This document shows, one piece after another, positions 40,237 to 54,569 of a DNA stretch of 64,000 nt. The stretch lies in the NCBI RefSeq assembly GCF_006345805.1, contig NC_043008.1, forward strand, positions 13,516,001 to 13,580,000. Reading direction: 5' to 3'. This DNA is from Octopus sinensis. Its lineage: Eukaryota. The notes beneath the pieces are model-generated. The model searched no databases, was not told where the DNA came from, and worked only from the letters and a program-made list of their open reading frames with translations. Each line of letters opens with the position of its first letter. The stretch's first letter is position 1. The position numbers and the translations under genes are program-made.

Positions 40237-41089
40237 TATATATATATATGCGCGTTTTTGTGTAAGTTCGACCCTGTGTAATCATGGATTTTAAAAAAGA
40301 ACTTTTAAGAACCTGAAGGAAATTATGTTCGCATTGATATCTTTAAAGAATCGGTAAAAGAAACGAAACATTTTATTTGTGTGTCTCAATCTACGTATAT
40401 ATATAATAGCGTTAGTGGAGTAGAATAGTTTCTGTAAAACGTTAATGTTTCCATTTTCGTATGTTGCCTCTTTTAAATTCGTTGCATTGTTAGTGAAATC
40501 ATAAATTCATATTGGAAATCTTGCCAACTCCATTTGAACATCACTGAACAGCGACATAGAAAATGCAAAACTTTGGTAAATTGGAAAAACTCCAAATTTA
40601 AACTGATAACAACTTAATTTCCATTAGCCAATAAGAACTGCAAAAACGTCTGGTAATGCAGTAGCAAGCAAAACCAATGTGAATATTTTGACATAGTCTT
40701 GTCAAAAAACATCTTCAAAAATATATCAGACTTTGTAAACAGAGAAAATATATTGCGTTTAGTTAAAAACAACATAGGAAATAAGGAAAATATTCGAATG
40801 GTGAGCATTAACGGTGTGAAGTGCGAAATTCGCAAAAATATATAGAATACGTCGAAAAATTGCAAAAGCGAAGATTTTCTACTAACTATGCCCGTAATGA
40901 ATTCGATCTCTACGTGATTTTAAGAAATATTCGATTTTTTGTGTGTATCAAGTGAACCATTCTTTTCAAATAGCTTTAAATGCTTAAGTATAGCTGTAGG
41001 CGTTCGATATATAGTCAAACAATTTCAATATATATATATATATATATAGATGTTGGATATTATGTTAAATACTAACGGAAAATAGTCAG

Positions 41090-41279
41090 ACACATACACA
41101 CACACACATGCGACCACACACACACACACACACACTCATGCACACACTCTCTCACACACACAAAATCACCGCCTCACATACACATACACACGCTCACATA
41201 CATATGCACGTATATATAAATATATATACGTACAGACAAGTACATACATACATACATACACGCACTTACATGCAGTTCC

Positions 41280-41310
<31 letters not shown>

Positions 41311-41387
41311 CATACATATATATATATATATGCATACATATATATATATACATACATACATATATATATACATACATATATATATAT

Positions 41388-41479
<92 letters not shown>

Positions 41480-41564
41480 TATATTATATATACATACATA
41501 TATATATATACATACATATATATAATACATACATATATATATATACATACATATATTATATATA

Positions 41565-41613
<49 letters not shown>

Positions 41614-41630
41614 AATATATATATAATATT
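41090..41630. repeat. (CA)n/(TA)n array
   Basis: Direct reading. Confidence 0.95.
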
Positions 41631-41800
41631 AATTAGAGACAAAACCACTATTTTGCAAAACAAACAAGGAAAGACTTAATCAATACATAAAATTTTAATA
41701 AAAAGTCAAAAAAACCGCCACTACAATTGTTTCTTGTCCTGATAGACAATCTTCAGGTGGACTTCCAATTTTCAAGTCAGTTCCAAGTTATAAATATATA
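41620..41800 (-). mobile_element. Penelope-like terminal fragment embedded in (TA)n
   Basis: About 170-180 bp of unique sequence between two TA arrays, carrying a minimal hammerhead. Confidence 0.55.
41718..41760 (-). ncRNA. Minimal type I hammerhead ribozyme motif
   Basis: CCAC CUGAAGA UUGUC UAUCAG GACAA GAAA CAAUUG UA/GUGG: 4-bp stem I, CUGANGA core, 5-bp stem II, GAAA, palindromic stem III and GUA cleavage triplet. Confidence 0.72.
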
Positions 41801-42336
41801 TATATATATATATAAATACATATATATATATATATGAATATATAAACATACATACATATATATTAATGTATATATATATATATATACTGTGTGTGTACAT
41901 ATGTACAGACACATATGTGCTTACATATAGTCATATATATAACATACACGAATAAGTTAAAATAAGATATATAATAGATACAGACTATAAGAGCTCAGAC
42001 TGGACTAGATACAGAAAATCTAACATCGAAGGAAGGGTGACGGAGTTCATGCAAATAATAGATAGCTATAGGCAATGTACCGGGCGAGGTAATGAAACTA
42101 TAATATAATAAAAGATGGAAGGATGGCGAGACGGTTATAAATGGCATAAAATCATTTATGAAATATTTATAAAGAGAGTAAAAATATATATGTAAATTAA
42201 GCAGCAAAACTGGAAAATCTGGAGAATAACTGCGTAGATTTTGTTTTATATTCAGATCTGTATAACTATCTAATCTATGATGTGCCCCAAATTAAAACTG
42301 CATGCATATACATGCATAGACAGAGAGGTTACATAC

Positions 42337-42533
42337 GGCGAGCTGGCAGAAACGTTAGTACGCTGGGCGAAATGCGTAGCCGTATTATGAGTTATGAGTT
42401 CAAATTCCGCCGCGGTCGACTTTACCTTTCATCCTTTCGGGGTCGATAAATTAAGTAGCAGTTACGCACTGGGATCGATATCTGTCCTTGTTTGTCCCCT
42501 CTGTGTTTAGCCCCTTGTGGGTAATAAAGAAAT
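42337..42533 (+). mobile_element. SINE family A (head, body, tail 1)
   Basis: GGCGAGCTGGCAGAAACGTTAG...TTAGCCCCTTGTGGGTAATAAAGAAAT. Confidence 0.88.
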
Positions 42534-44553
42534 AAAAATTTATACGTCCATACACATATTTGATCAGTTTAAATATCGTTTATTTTTAATGAAAAACTAA
42601 CACAATAGCGTATTTAGTTATATAATATATCTCTGATACCCCAAACAAGAATGGCATGAATCAGATAATACTAGCGTATAGATATAGAACTAGATAAATT
42701 CCGTGCTGAACTGCTATGGAATCTTAAGAAGACATTACATAATACATCCAGCCTATATTTTCGAAACAAGCAAATGTTGCATTTTACTTGTAACCAAAAA
42801 TAGCATATGTGTATATTTAAGAATTGAATATCTACAGGAAAATTGCCAGCTTTAAAAAGATGTATGAAACTGTGTCAAATATAACAGAAATCTGATTGTT
42901 TGGTAAACGGACGTTGATACAAATAAAACTCAACCCATAAGATGCTCCATGCAGAATATTATAAACATACACTCTCTTCCAAATTTCAGGTATTTCGCTC
43001 TAATAGAAAGGACTATTATAATACACAATATTTTAACATTTTTTATGATACAATTCCTAATAATATTTAATTATGAAAATATATTAATATATTTTAAACA
43101 TCGAATGGCTACGGTGGTCCATCCGAGCGAAAAACAAATAAATAAATGGTGTCCATAGGTAAAAGAAATGATTGAGAAACACCGGTGAAGGTGAACGATA
43201 GACTGCCACTAATCAATCTTGGATGAAAAGTTGAAGTACATATAACGTTATATACATGACTTATATTCAGTGCAAGACACGGACATCCGTCTTACGAAAT
43301 GTTGTTTGCGTTATGGTTGAAGAATAGAAATCCTACAAGACGTTATAGTGAACGTATGCAGTTATAGAGATACTAAGATTTTACTGCCTATATATTATTA
43401 AATATGTCATCTATCTTTTGACAGAATGATTCTAAGTGGAGTAGTATCAAGGATATGTGCATATGTATTTGTGTGTGTGTCTGTGTCTGTGTCTGTGTGC
43501 GCGTGTTTATGTAATACGAATAATAGGATAATTACCGTGCACGGATATGATGTAACTGAAATATCAAATTATTTTATGACAGCAGACATGTTGTACTCAA
43601 TTGTAGTGAAATGTCCGGCATTGCGATGGAAATGATAATTCGAACTTTTACGCCATTTCATTAGTGAAGAATATATGAAGAACTTATTTAAGATAATAAA
43701 GAAACGAAAATATTATCTTCCCTTAATTAAGAGTTTATCTTCTACGTATGACAGTTGCTCAAACTCATTTGGAATCGTAGCCAAAAGATATTCAGTGACA
43801 AGTAGATTTAGAAAAAAAAATCAATTATTACAAATGCTTATTCTTCCAATGGCAAAGTCGCAAACAGGTAATTCAGCAATTTTTTTTTTCTATTGTAAAG
43901 TGGTACCACGGTTGTGTTTATGCCACGTATGACTCCATTATTGCTATCACAGGTTTTGATGTCCTTCGAGGCGTTTTACTTCACTGCCTTCTGACAATAA
44001 TAAAGAAATAAACGCAAGAAAGCGTACAACATAACTTTTAGATCTCTTGAAGTAATTGATATTCAAAGAAAGTCCATTTCACCGAAATGTCAACATTGTC
44101 TAACGTGTTCATTTATAACAACGTTTGAAGGTTTCTTTATGAAGACACAAAGGGAAAAGTGCATCACATAATTAGACAATAAAATATTCTACCCTCTCAC
44201 AACTCTACAAATCTAATGTTGTTTAAATACATATAAATTGTTCACAGGTCGATAAATTGTTCACATTTTCGTTTCATCTGTATTTCTGTATTCTTATTCA
44301 TATATATATGGATTTTTATGAGAAGAATATTATTACTCTAAACGTATTTTACGCGAAGTATATGCTGAAATTATTTATGCTAAATGTAATGATGCATGCA
44401 TAGTGTTGGATATAATTATATGTGAATTTATAAAATTTTATTTGCACGTATATACATATGTGTAAGCTTGTATACACTGATATACAATTGTCATAGAAAT
44501 ATGTGTATAACTTTACATGTGATTGCCTGTATGTGCCTTTTATATATATATAC

Positions 44554-44603
<50 letters not shown>

Positions 44604-46195
44604 ATAATATATATATATATACATATATAATTGGTTAATGAGAGACGGAAGATCGAAGACACGAGAACTTTAATTAATCATTACAATTGTTTCAACACGA
44701 GGTATGTTTTGTATTTTGGTATTTGAGAATGTAACAATCCAATAGGTATAGACGATTAGTTTTATTATCTAATAATATATATATTTATCACGTCTTACAC
44801 AGCAGCTTTGGGGCCGCCTATTACATGTCACTCATTCGACGTTTACATCTTCGACATTTCTGTCCCTCAGAACCTCTCTTTCTCTTTATCGTTGTTTATA
44901 CGCGCAAATTTCTGTACGCGTGTGTGTTTGCATGTGTACCAAAAGTACTATCGCCAAAACACGTCAACCTGGCCAAATCGTCGACATCCAAACTGCCGCG
45001 CCAAATCTGCTCATTCCGTTTTGGGCAGATGGTATCAAAAGCAATAGTTTTGTGCCAATCACTCTTTATGTCAGTGGTGACTAACGCGCCATTTCTGAAA
45101 CAATAATTTGTAATAACTCCTTCGCTCATTTACCACAAGAAATTTGCATCGTGGTTTAGGAGATTGAATATACTCCAATCTTTGTTAAATAGGCAACAGA
45201 GCACTTCTATAGTCATCTGAATATATAATCGCACTTAGACACCAAATAGAAGACCATTTCATGCATGCATCATTTACCAAATTTCTCTAAGCTCTAATAA
45301 AATTATTCTGGCTTACAATTTTTGTTAAAAACTGACATTTTCTCAGATACCATTGATAAATATCTTACAACATTCGTACTTATGATTTTCTTTTATTTAC
45401 TCAAATATAATCTTTTGTCAGTTATTGAGGGCGTTTAGATTATCACTGTAGCGTAACTAGGCTAAAAGATGTATTGCATTTTGTTATCGGCGGTCTGTAT
45501 CTAGTAACATACATGAGCTGATGGACCTCATCATACTATAAACTGATGTTTTGAAGCCTAACGATGTTATAAATGTAGAGTTACCTTGCAACTCCAGGAT
45601 CTTTTTCTGTCTTCTGCACTATAGAACCCCGGCGAAAAAAATTAAGGAGCTCGGACAGAGAGCAGAAATGAGAAATATTAATAAATATGTAACTGCAACA
45701 TCAAACCTGCTCTGAAGACTGAGTTCCTTTATTTCACAATCGTGCACATTTAAATTCCCTTCCATTTTCAAACACATTATTTGACATGCGTATTTAAAAC
45801 TTCCTTATGATACACTACCATACAAAATTCCCCAAACCTTTTAGAGCAGGCCCTATCATACATTAAAGAGTTCCACTTGCGACGAATCGACAGTGTATGT
45901 TCTATGCAAAAACGTTGTTTAGTCTTTCTTTTCGACTTTTGATTTGATGCTGGAAGCTGAAATATAGAGTTCACGTTTTAGGAGCTTCATCAGCTTCACA
46001 GAATAAATTCTGTTTTCAGAGGTCCTATGCTTGTTGTAGGCAATTTTCTGCATGGCATGGATAAGCTGAATACTTGTTACTGTTTGGGAATCTGATTCTG
46101 ATGATATTAAATGGAGGAATTATTTTTCTTGAATGGAAAATTTTAAATTCCTCCAGCACCATTCATACTTCGCACTGATTTGTACCCGCGATATT

Positions 46196-46498
46196 TTTGT
46201 GTGTTACTTCTCGAGCCACGCCTGGCTCATATGGGCCGGTTTCCCAGTTTCCTTGGTGTATAGGTTCCCTACCTGGACGGGACGCCAGTCTTTCGCAGAT
46301 GAGCTGCAAGATGCAGGAGGAAAGCGCGAGAGAAAGTTGTAGCGAAAGAGTCAGCAAAAGTTCGCCATTACCTTCTGCCGGAGCCGCGTGGAGCTTAGGT
46401 GATTCGCTCATAAACACACATCGCTAGGTCTGAGATTCGAACTCACGATCCCTCGACCGCGAGTCCGCTGCCCTAACCACTAGGCCATGTGCCTCCAC
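46196..46498 (-). mobile_element. SINE family C, tail type 3, nested in the Helitron fossil
   Basis: 12-bp TSD ACCCGCGATATT at 46184-46195 and 46499-46510; family C head. Confidence 0.9.
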
Positions 46499-47654
46499 AC
46501 CCGCGATATTGAGCGAAAATCGTTCCTCTTCCCTGTTCCAACGAGATTACGGAATATGTGTGCGTTTGAATAAATGCTATTATAGGTATTTGATGTCTTT
46601 AACTGATAGACAGATTTCAGCAGTGATTGGGTTTTCGCAATTCTAAAGTAACCAAGCATTGTAGGGAATATCGTGTCCATTACGCAAGGAGATATTTCTA
46701 ACTCCAACAATATCAGTATTACTTTATTAGTAGGACTTTGGGAAAATAGTGTGGATAGCTTAATATTTGTGAATGGAAATGTCACTCGTGGGTGTAATTC
46801 AAACTATATTTTCCCATTCACATGCGCAGTAAAGTCGTATGCAGTTCTCTCCGATGCTTGTGTTATTTGATTGTGCATTCCGGCAGAAATAGCTCTATCG
46901 ATTTCTTTCTATATGCTGTGATCGTTTTCTAATTTAAAGTGAAAACACCAATGAGGTAAACATGTTTCTCGTCTTCAATAATACAACGTTCATCATGATT
47001 CCTTAAGCGTCGTATTCGAAATCCTGTTGATGTTGATCCCAATTCAACTTGAAAAGTCGTTCACTTATAAGAGGACGATCTGCAACCGTTTGATGTTCAC
47101 TGAATTGACTTGTGAGGTCTTCGCAATTTAGTTTGTAGGTGAGTGTCACAAATAATGCTAGTTTCCCAAAGTTCTACAAAATGACTTGCAACGTGCCATA
47201 GGATCTTGTCAAATGTCACAGTAGATGGTAATTTCATGTAGCACCGTGTAAACATTCACTTGTATCATCATCACCGCCTTTACCAAAGCATTTTACATAT
47301 CTAATTTTAAATATTGTCGGTAGTTTCGAATATTGTGCAAACGAGCAGATTGGTATTAGGCGTATTGGTATAGAAAATAACTCTTTAATCGATGGTGTCG
47401 GTTACACGATTTATTACCTGAATCATCTATGTTTATTATCTCAAAAGAATACAATTGGAGAGACGCCATTTTCTCAAATGCGTATTTCCTTCAGTGCATT
47501 GAGATGTCATCCATCTAAGTTGCCAGGAAAGTATGGATATATAACAGGACATATTCTTTGTAAAATTCGCTAAACATTTGAATACATGGCTGATAGCTCT
47601 CTGCATTGAACTTATCAAATTTGTTGCAAGGTGACGATTTTCATCGCCAATGTC

Positions 47655-47760
47655 AGGTAAGTCATATCTTCGCGGCTAATATCTTCTCAGCAAATCATAC
47701 CTTCTCGGCAAATCACAACATTTCGGCAAGTCACCACTTCTCGGCATGTCATACCTTTTT
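47655..47760. repeat. Degenerate ~18-bp tandem repeat, about 6 units
   Basis: Units resemble GGCAAATCATACCTTCTC. Confidence 0.7.
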
Positions 47761-49112
47761 CTAAAGAATTAACCATCTGGAATTTTGTCAACGTGCAATC
47801 CAATAGAAACATTTACTGGTTTTTGTCAGCATAAATTTCTTTGACAGATTTTCTTTCAAATACCTTTTTGTTAGCGGAAGGCATAACAGATTGAAGCGTA
47901 CCTGATATACCATCAATATTGTCTATTTCTTTACCTGCAGGGAATTTCTGCAAATTTTGAAGCAGTTCTTTGGAACGGTAACATCAAATTTGCAGACAGG
48001 ATATTGCCACTGTAATAGCATTTCTTTCTTTTGCAAAATAATCTATAAGCAACTTCTTGAATTCTGCAAGGTTAAACTGCCTCGAACAACTATAGGAACG
48101 TTTGATTTTAAGTTCCACACGGTCATAGTAAAGTTGAAGCTCCAAATGTTTCTTCTCAAACATTTTGCTTCTAGTGAATCAATTATGAGCATTTGATGTA
48201 GCTGAAGAGGTAAACCTGGTACGTCTGAAATATGGATAAACTCAGATATATAGTAAATAATAAAATCGAGATTGCCGAATGGTCTTCTAGTGCAGTCTCT
48301 CATGAATATCAATGCATTAAAATGACGGCATTTCACGTCCATTAAGCTGGAACACTGACCGGTTACATTGACAGCGAATTCCATTACTGAGGCTATGTTA
48401 TATTGCTTTGCAGCATTCATCATCTAATTTTGTCAGTTTTGAAGATTAATCCATTCTATGCTATTAGTTCGGGTGTTTGTTCTTGAGAGGGGCGTTGACG
48501 CGCTTGAGCAAGCTGTTCAGCCAATTGTTCTAGAATGTGTTTAGGCTGCTATCGAGGGAATAATTGTCATGCTACCTGAACAGGTCAGAGCAGCACGACG
48601 TAGAGCAGTTCTATGATGATCAGCATTCTGAGACAAAATACATTGTTACTGTAGTCGAGAGCAAGGAAAGTACTTAGATTTAGTTGTGAGTACACGCTTG
48701 TTGTGGAAATATGAGTGTTGATTTTGCATCCATAATACAAGGGATTCGTGTTTCGAATGCTGCGAGCAATGGGTCGGACTATCTGCACCATGCACATATA
48801 CACGCCCCATACAAAGATATATATATATATATATGTGTATATATATACGCGCACACATACACATAACTTCCCTCTCTCTATCTCTAACACACGCACACAT
48901 GCACACATACACACACGCACACAGAGGTGTATATATATATATATATATATATGTATAAATCTCTCTCTCTCTCAATATATATATATAATATATATATATA
49001 TTATATATATAATATATATATATTATATATATATATATATATGGATGCAGATATCTATTTACATGTTTATGTATAAGTAGATAATTTAATGTATAGATAG
49101 ATATATAGATAG

Positions 49113-49143
<31 letters not shown>

Positions 49144-50066
49144 GATGCTGATACTGATAGAAATGTGTATGTATGCATTTATTCATAAAAAAAATTATAT
49201 AGTATTCAAGATCATCGTAATGAACAACAGAAATATTTCAATTTTAATATTTCATATACTAATTTGTACGCTTGCAAATTTGTAAATTTGTCATTTGTAC
49301 TTTTCTAAAGTTAGCGAAGAAAGTACATCACTGCATGCATGATCGTTTTAAAAATATGCAGACTTAATATTCACGTATTAGTTAAATGATGTAAGCACAT
49401 ATTTCGTACGTCTATGCCATCAGTATTATTATATAAATAACGTATATAAGTTGGGATATTGTTATAAGAACACACGTGTAATATAGCTATGTCGTAGCCA
49501 GTATGTCTTGGAAATGCTTCTCTTTATTATTCAATATTATATTAGTCTTCTTTCAATATGGATATTTCACAGTTTCATAGTCAACTAACATTACAGATTC
49601 AGTGATGAGACATCTATACAATCACTTCACCTGCGAAAAAGCAGCTCCCAGAGCTGAACCAAATCATAATCTTTAGTTTTGAAATGCAACATGATATCGT
49701 CCAAAAGTCTCATTGTTGGATTCTCTGATCTTGGCTTGGCGGTAGTTAAACGACCACAACGAACCCCGACAAACAAAAATTATACAAAGGTTTGTGCATT
49801 ATTTTCAACACGTTAAATAGAGAATGGGCATTTTATTATAACATAGCTGCTACTGCATAGCAGCATAGGATTATAAGCAGAGTTAGTAATTTAATGCCAC
49901 ATTCAATACGGATGCCTCTTTATTTCTACATACGCTATTTAAGTTCAAACAGTTGACTTCTCACGGACGTGCTCAGTTTGCGTAAATCACAAAATGGAGT
50001 CAGCTTTGAGACTATGCGACAAGCTTTGGCATTTTTAGGTTAGGTGGGATCGATTAAGAGGTCTCA

Positions 50067-50177
<111 letters not shown>

Positions 50178-50325
50178 TGTTTCTTTATTAGCCACACAGG
50201 GCTGCACACAGACGGGACAGATTACAAAGTAGAGCTTTTCTTTTTGCGAGGATAAAAGTGGTGTAGGTTTTCGATCAAAAGGGATCGTAAAAAGGAAAGA
50301 GAAAAAAAACAATCAATAGGGATCG
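50178..50325 (-). mobile_element. Probable LINE 3' UTR fragment within a (TATC)n array
   Basis: Ends TGTCCCGTCTGTGTGCAGCCCTGTGTGGCTAATAAAGAAAC, similar to SINE A tail 1; GATA repeats on both sides; no coding part. Confidence 0.5.
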
Positions 50326-51100
50326 ATAGATAGATAGGGAGGGAGGGATCGATTGACAAACGGACTGACGGATGAAAGGATGGATGGAGGGCTGGAGGGC
50401 TAGATGGAGATTAGGAGAAGTAGAAATTTCACCTCGACAAGACTTGAAGATCTTGTTCAAAGCTTCGGATTGATTACAAGCGCTAAAGAATCTAATGGTG
50501 CAGCAAAATTAACAAAACGCCACTTAAATAAACGACTCTTTAACAGAAATACCAATTTTAGTATTGGGAAATTCTTACTACGACAAATTCAATTTTAGGT
50601 TTATTGCTTCAGTTAAAATTATAAGCTGAAAATGAAACAGATAGAGACAGTCTGTCTGTATGTTGCCTTTACTGGTCTCATCTGACAACTGATGTTATAT
50701 TGTTTACGTACCAGTAACTTAACAGTTCGGCCAAATTAGTGGCCAGTATAACAGATATCAAATTACAATAAATAATGCGATTGGTTTAATTGACTAAATC
50801 TCTTAAGGCGTTCTCCGAGAATGTACGCAATACAATAAATCCAGTCGAAGAGAGAAAACTCACACACAAACACCTACGTGCACAAAATCTGTGGATAGAC
50901 TAAGCTTCAAATTCCCAACAAGACCTATGAAATAAATCCACTCATTATTGAGAAGAGTGTTTTTCTCCAATAAAAGATGTCTTCGTTTATGTATGCTAGA
51001 AACCTAAATAACGTTGTATATTAGTGTCCGCACACGTGTGTGTGTGTGTGTGTGTGTGTGCCAGTGTATGTACGTGTGTGTGTTAATATTTATATGTGTA

Positions 51101-51339
51101 TTACTCTTTTACTCTTTTACTTGTTTCAGTCATTTGACTGCGGCCATGCTGGAGCACCGCCTTTAGTCGAGCAAATCGACCTCGGACTTATTCTTTGTAA
51201 GCCCAGTACTTATTCTTCCGGTTTCTTTTGCCGAACCTCTAAGTTACGGGGACGTAAACACACCAGCATCGGTTGTCAAGCAATGCTAGGGGGACAAACA
51301 CACACACAAACACACACAAACACACACACAGACACACAA

Positions 51340-51401
<62 letters not shown>

Positions 51402-51563
51402 GACAGGCTTCTTTCAGTTTCAGTCTACCAAATCCACTCACAAGGCATTGGTCGGCCCGGGGAATAGCAGAACACACTTACCCAAGGTGCCACGCAGTGG
51501 GACTGAACCCGGAACCATGTGGTTGGTCAGCAAGCTACTTACCACACAGCCACTCCTGCGCCT
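51101..51563 (-). mobile_element. SINE family B, full length
   Basis: Complete head, body, ~105 nt internal CA/TA repeat and tail. Confidence 0.92.
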
Positions 51564-52892
51564 ATGCATGCTTCTGCTAATTTATGTGTGTGTTTATCTT
51601 ACTCTGAGTATGTGTAACCAGCTGATACTTACTGAGCCAAAAAAAAAAAGGGTTACTACAAGAGAAAATATAGAAATGTAATTAGGACCGTAATTTATCG
51701 GATTGTTAACGGAATCTATGATATGTACATTGAAGAAATACTTTTTATTCAGAATATGTTTCCATTGATGTTCCAAAATTAAAAGTTGTCTTATTCCTGA
51801 ATATGAATATAAACATGAACTGAATTTAAACAAGACATCTTTACTTCCAAAGGAATTGTTACAGGTTAGATAGAAATATTATAATTTTTTTTTGTTTATT
51901 TAAATACTTCCTCCAGTAGCGTTCGCCATATTGAGTTGACATTAGAAACGAGCTCACTGATCCAATTATCAAAAATCGATATGCGGCTGCTATTTTTCAC
52001 TTGTCAATAATTCCTCCGTGGTGTCTTATCTACAATAGGAATTACATTCTCACATAGACTATAGTTCCGTTATTCGAATCATACATGTCTACGAATTACT
52101 GAGCTTGATATTTCTTTGGAAGTTTGTTACAGTTTAGATATGTACAAATTGTCTCGTTTTTATGTTAGAAGAATAGTATTGCTCCTTACATTTCGATCGA
52201 AGAATATTATTGTTCTCTTTTCGATCGTAATAAATACGATAGAAGATATTACTTAATCGTACCAACTTGTAGGCTTTATATGGTTTAACAGCAGTTTATT
52301 ATAAATTATTAAAATTCCTGTATTTCAGTGTAGATCAGATTTATAACGAGCAAATTTCAGATATCTTAAATAGTTTTGCTTTACAAAAGTGTGTGCAATA
52401 ATATAAATGTATACCGGTATATAGGCTAGCATACAATATCGTTCTAAGGCCTGCCAAACAGAAAGACGTCACCAGCATCCGGTCCAGCCACCCAGTTCAA
52501 AAAATTTCCGTTGTATTGCATTTAATGTTGCTGACATGATGACCTCGCTTCTAACAACTCCTTGTGGCCAGCCTTCACCAGTAGCAGCCAAGCATATGGC
52601 CGCCGTCTCTATTCGGTTATCAAAGCCTGAATGCGCTGGTTCTCAGTAAGAAGCCTATGAAATTGTGTGTCAGTGCGTGCACGAGGGCGTGGGTGTTTTG
52701 TGTGTATGTCTTTAGTTTTAAACAATATAACTTAAGGATAGGCATCTTCAAGCTTTCAATTCTTGCTTTATATATTCACTGAGTGGATATACAAAAGAAA
52801 AGAAGCGCTGATTTACCTGCTACCGAACGGAAACGAGGAGCTATGGGTACTATAAATTGGAGCGATTTGGTTAGAATATATTAAAGAATACC

Positions 52893-53122
52893 CATTTCTT
52901 TACTACCCACAAGGGGCTAAACACAGAGGGAACAAACAAGGACAGACAAAGGGATTAAGTCCATTATATCGACCCCCAGTGCGTAACTGGTACTTAATTT
53001 ATCGACCCCGGAAGGATGAAAGGCAAAGTGGACCTCGGCGGAATTTGAACTCAGAACGTAAGACCAGACGAAATACCGGTCAGCATTTCACCCGGCGTGC
53101 TAACGTTTCTGCCAGCTCGCCG
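52893..53122 (-). mobile_element. SINE family A (tail 1 form) with TSD
   Basis: 17-bp TSD ATATATTAAAGAATACC at 52876-52892 and 53123-53139. Confidence 0.93.
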
Positions 53123-54114
53123 ATATATTAAAGAATACCGGATTATACTACACTTGCACTGAGTCCTGTAATTTATCCCCTCTTGTGAATAGCCATATAT
53201 ATATATATATATATAGATAGATATATATAGATAGATAGATACATACATACATATATAAATATATATATATTGTGTGTGTGTGTGTGTGTTTGTGTTTGTG
53301 TGTGTGTGCGAGTGTATATATATATATATATGTGTGTGTTTATGTATATATACACATACATACATATACACACATATTCATATATGTGTGTATCTAAGTA
53401 TATTGATTCATACATATATACATACTTGAGTAGGTATATATCATAACCTTCATAACGTGATTAAACCGTTTCTGTCGATTGTGGATCTATGCAGAGACTT
53501 GCACTAAACTCTGCGCTCGTAGAGGCGACATTTCGATGTTTGTTGATATAGCATACATTTCTAAGATGTTTCTTCTTCACTTTCATAAAAGCAGCATTTC
53601 ATATGTATTATTAGCAATATAAAACGACAACTGTCTCTTTGATTTCATCTCATATTCTCAATTGTTTGCAGATCAAACGATATGAAAAATCCATTTTTAA
53701 AAAATGAATTACACCGCCGCAATAAAGCAACATTCTGTTGTAGTTTGTATTCTGCATTCTGTCATCTACACAGGACTTCAATAGTGGAATGAATATAGCA
53801 AAATATATAAATCTAACATAAAGCTATTTTTGCAGGTACGTTGCTGCTGCTGCTGCTGTATTCCGAGAGTGGAAGTTCCATTTGTCTTCCTTGATAAAAA
53901 TGAAATAGATCTACGTCTTATTTGCTGTTCAGTTCACTTGCAGTAATGATATATATATTCCGAGATCACCTGACTGAAGTAACTTTGCTGAAGAATACAC
54001 GCAATTGCATACACATTGATCACAGGGATATATCGATATATCTATCTATCTATATATCTCTATTTATCTATCTGTCCATGTATCTATCTGTATATATGTA
54101 TATAACGGGAAGCT

Positions 54115-54235
54115 TTATGAAAATAAACAAAAGACGAAGGCAGGTGGAGTACAAACAAACAATTGTATTAATAAGGCGCTCAGGAATATAAATAAAACAA
54201 GTCTTTTATGTTTCGAGCCTACGCTCCTCAACATA
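54115..54235 (-). mobile_element. Second copy of the Penelope-like fragment at 8497
   Basis: Shared AAATAAACAAAAGACGAAGGCAGGTGGAGTACAAACAAACAA...GTTTCGAGCCT.CGCT. Confidence 0.6.
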
Positions 54236-54278
54236 TACATATATATAATTTATACATATACATACACATACACACACA

Positions 54279-54565
<287 letters not shown>

Positions 54566-54569
54566 AACA

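Larger units (their letters stand above)
45100..48650 (-). mobile_element. Fossil Helitron Rep/helicase coding region with many stops and frameshifts
   Basis: Collinear motifs on the minus strand: MDVKCRHFNAL (~48340), DSLEAKCLRRNIWSFN, ARLHNIRNYRQYLKLD (~47340), QDPMA (~47200), FGKLALFVTLT...DRPLISERLFKL (~47050-47170), LPHWCFH and KEIDRAISAG (~46900-46960). These continue as IPYNAWLL..EICLSVKDIKYL (~46590-46670), ISAKYEWCWRNLKF (~46160), RTYTVDSSQVELF and SFKYAC (~45800-45900), CKFLVVNE (~45140). Confidence 0.8.

Noticed and set aside
43640-43920. Possible continuation of the Helitron helicase C-terminus (LPVCDFAI..NK, EQLSYV)
   Set aside because: Similarity is too weak to extend the feature without an alignment.
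45970-45992. CUGAUGA..AAAACGUG hammerhead-like string on the minus strand
   Set aside because: No stem II, GAAA is mutated, G sits at the cleavage position, and it lies inside the Helitron fossil.
49691-49789. SDLGLAV resembling the TGF-beta receptor kinase ADLGLAV motif
   Set aside because: No in-frame HRDxK catalytic loop upstream and no APE motif downstream; treated as coincidence.
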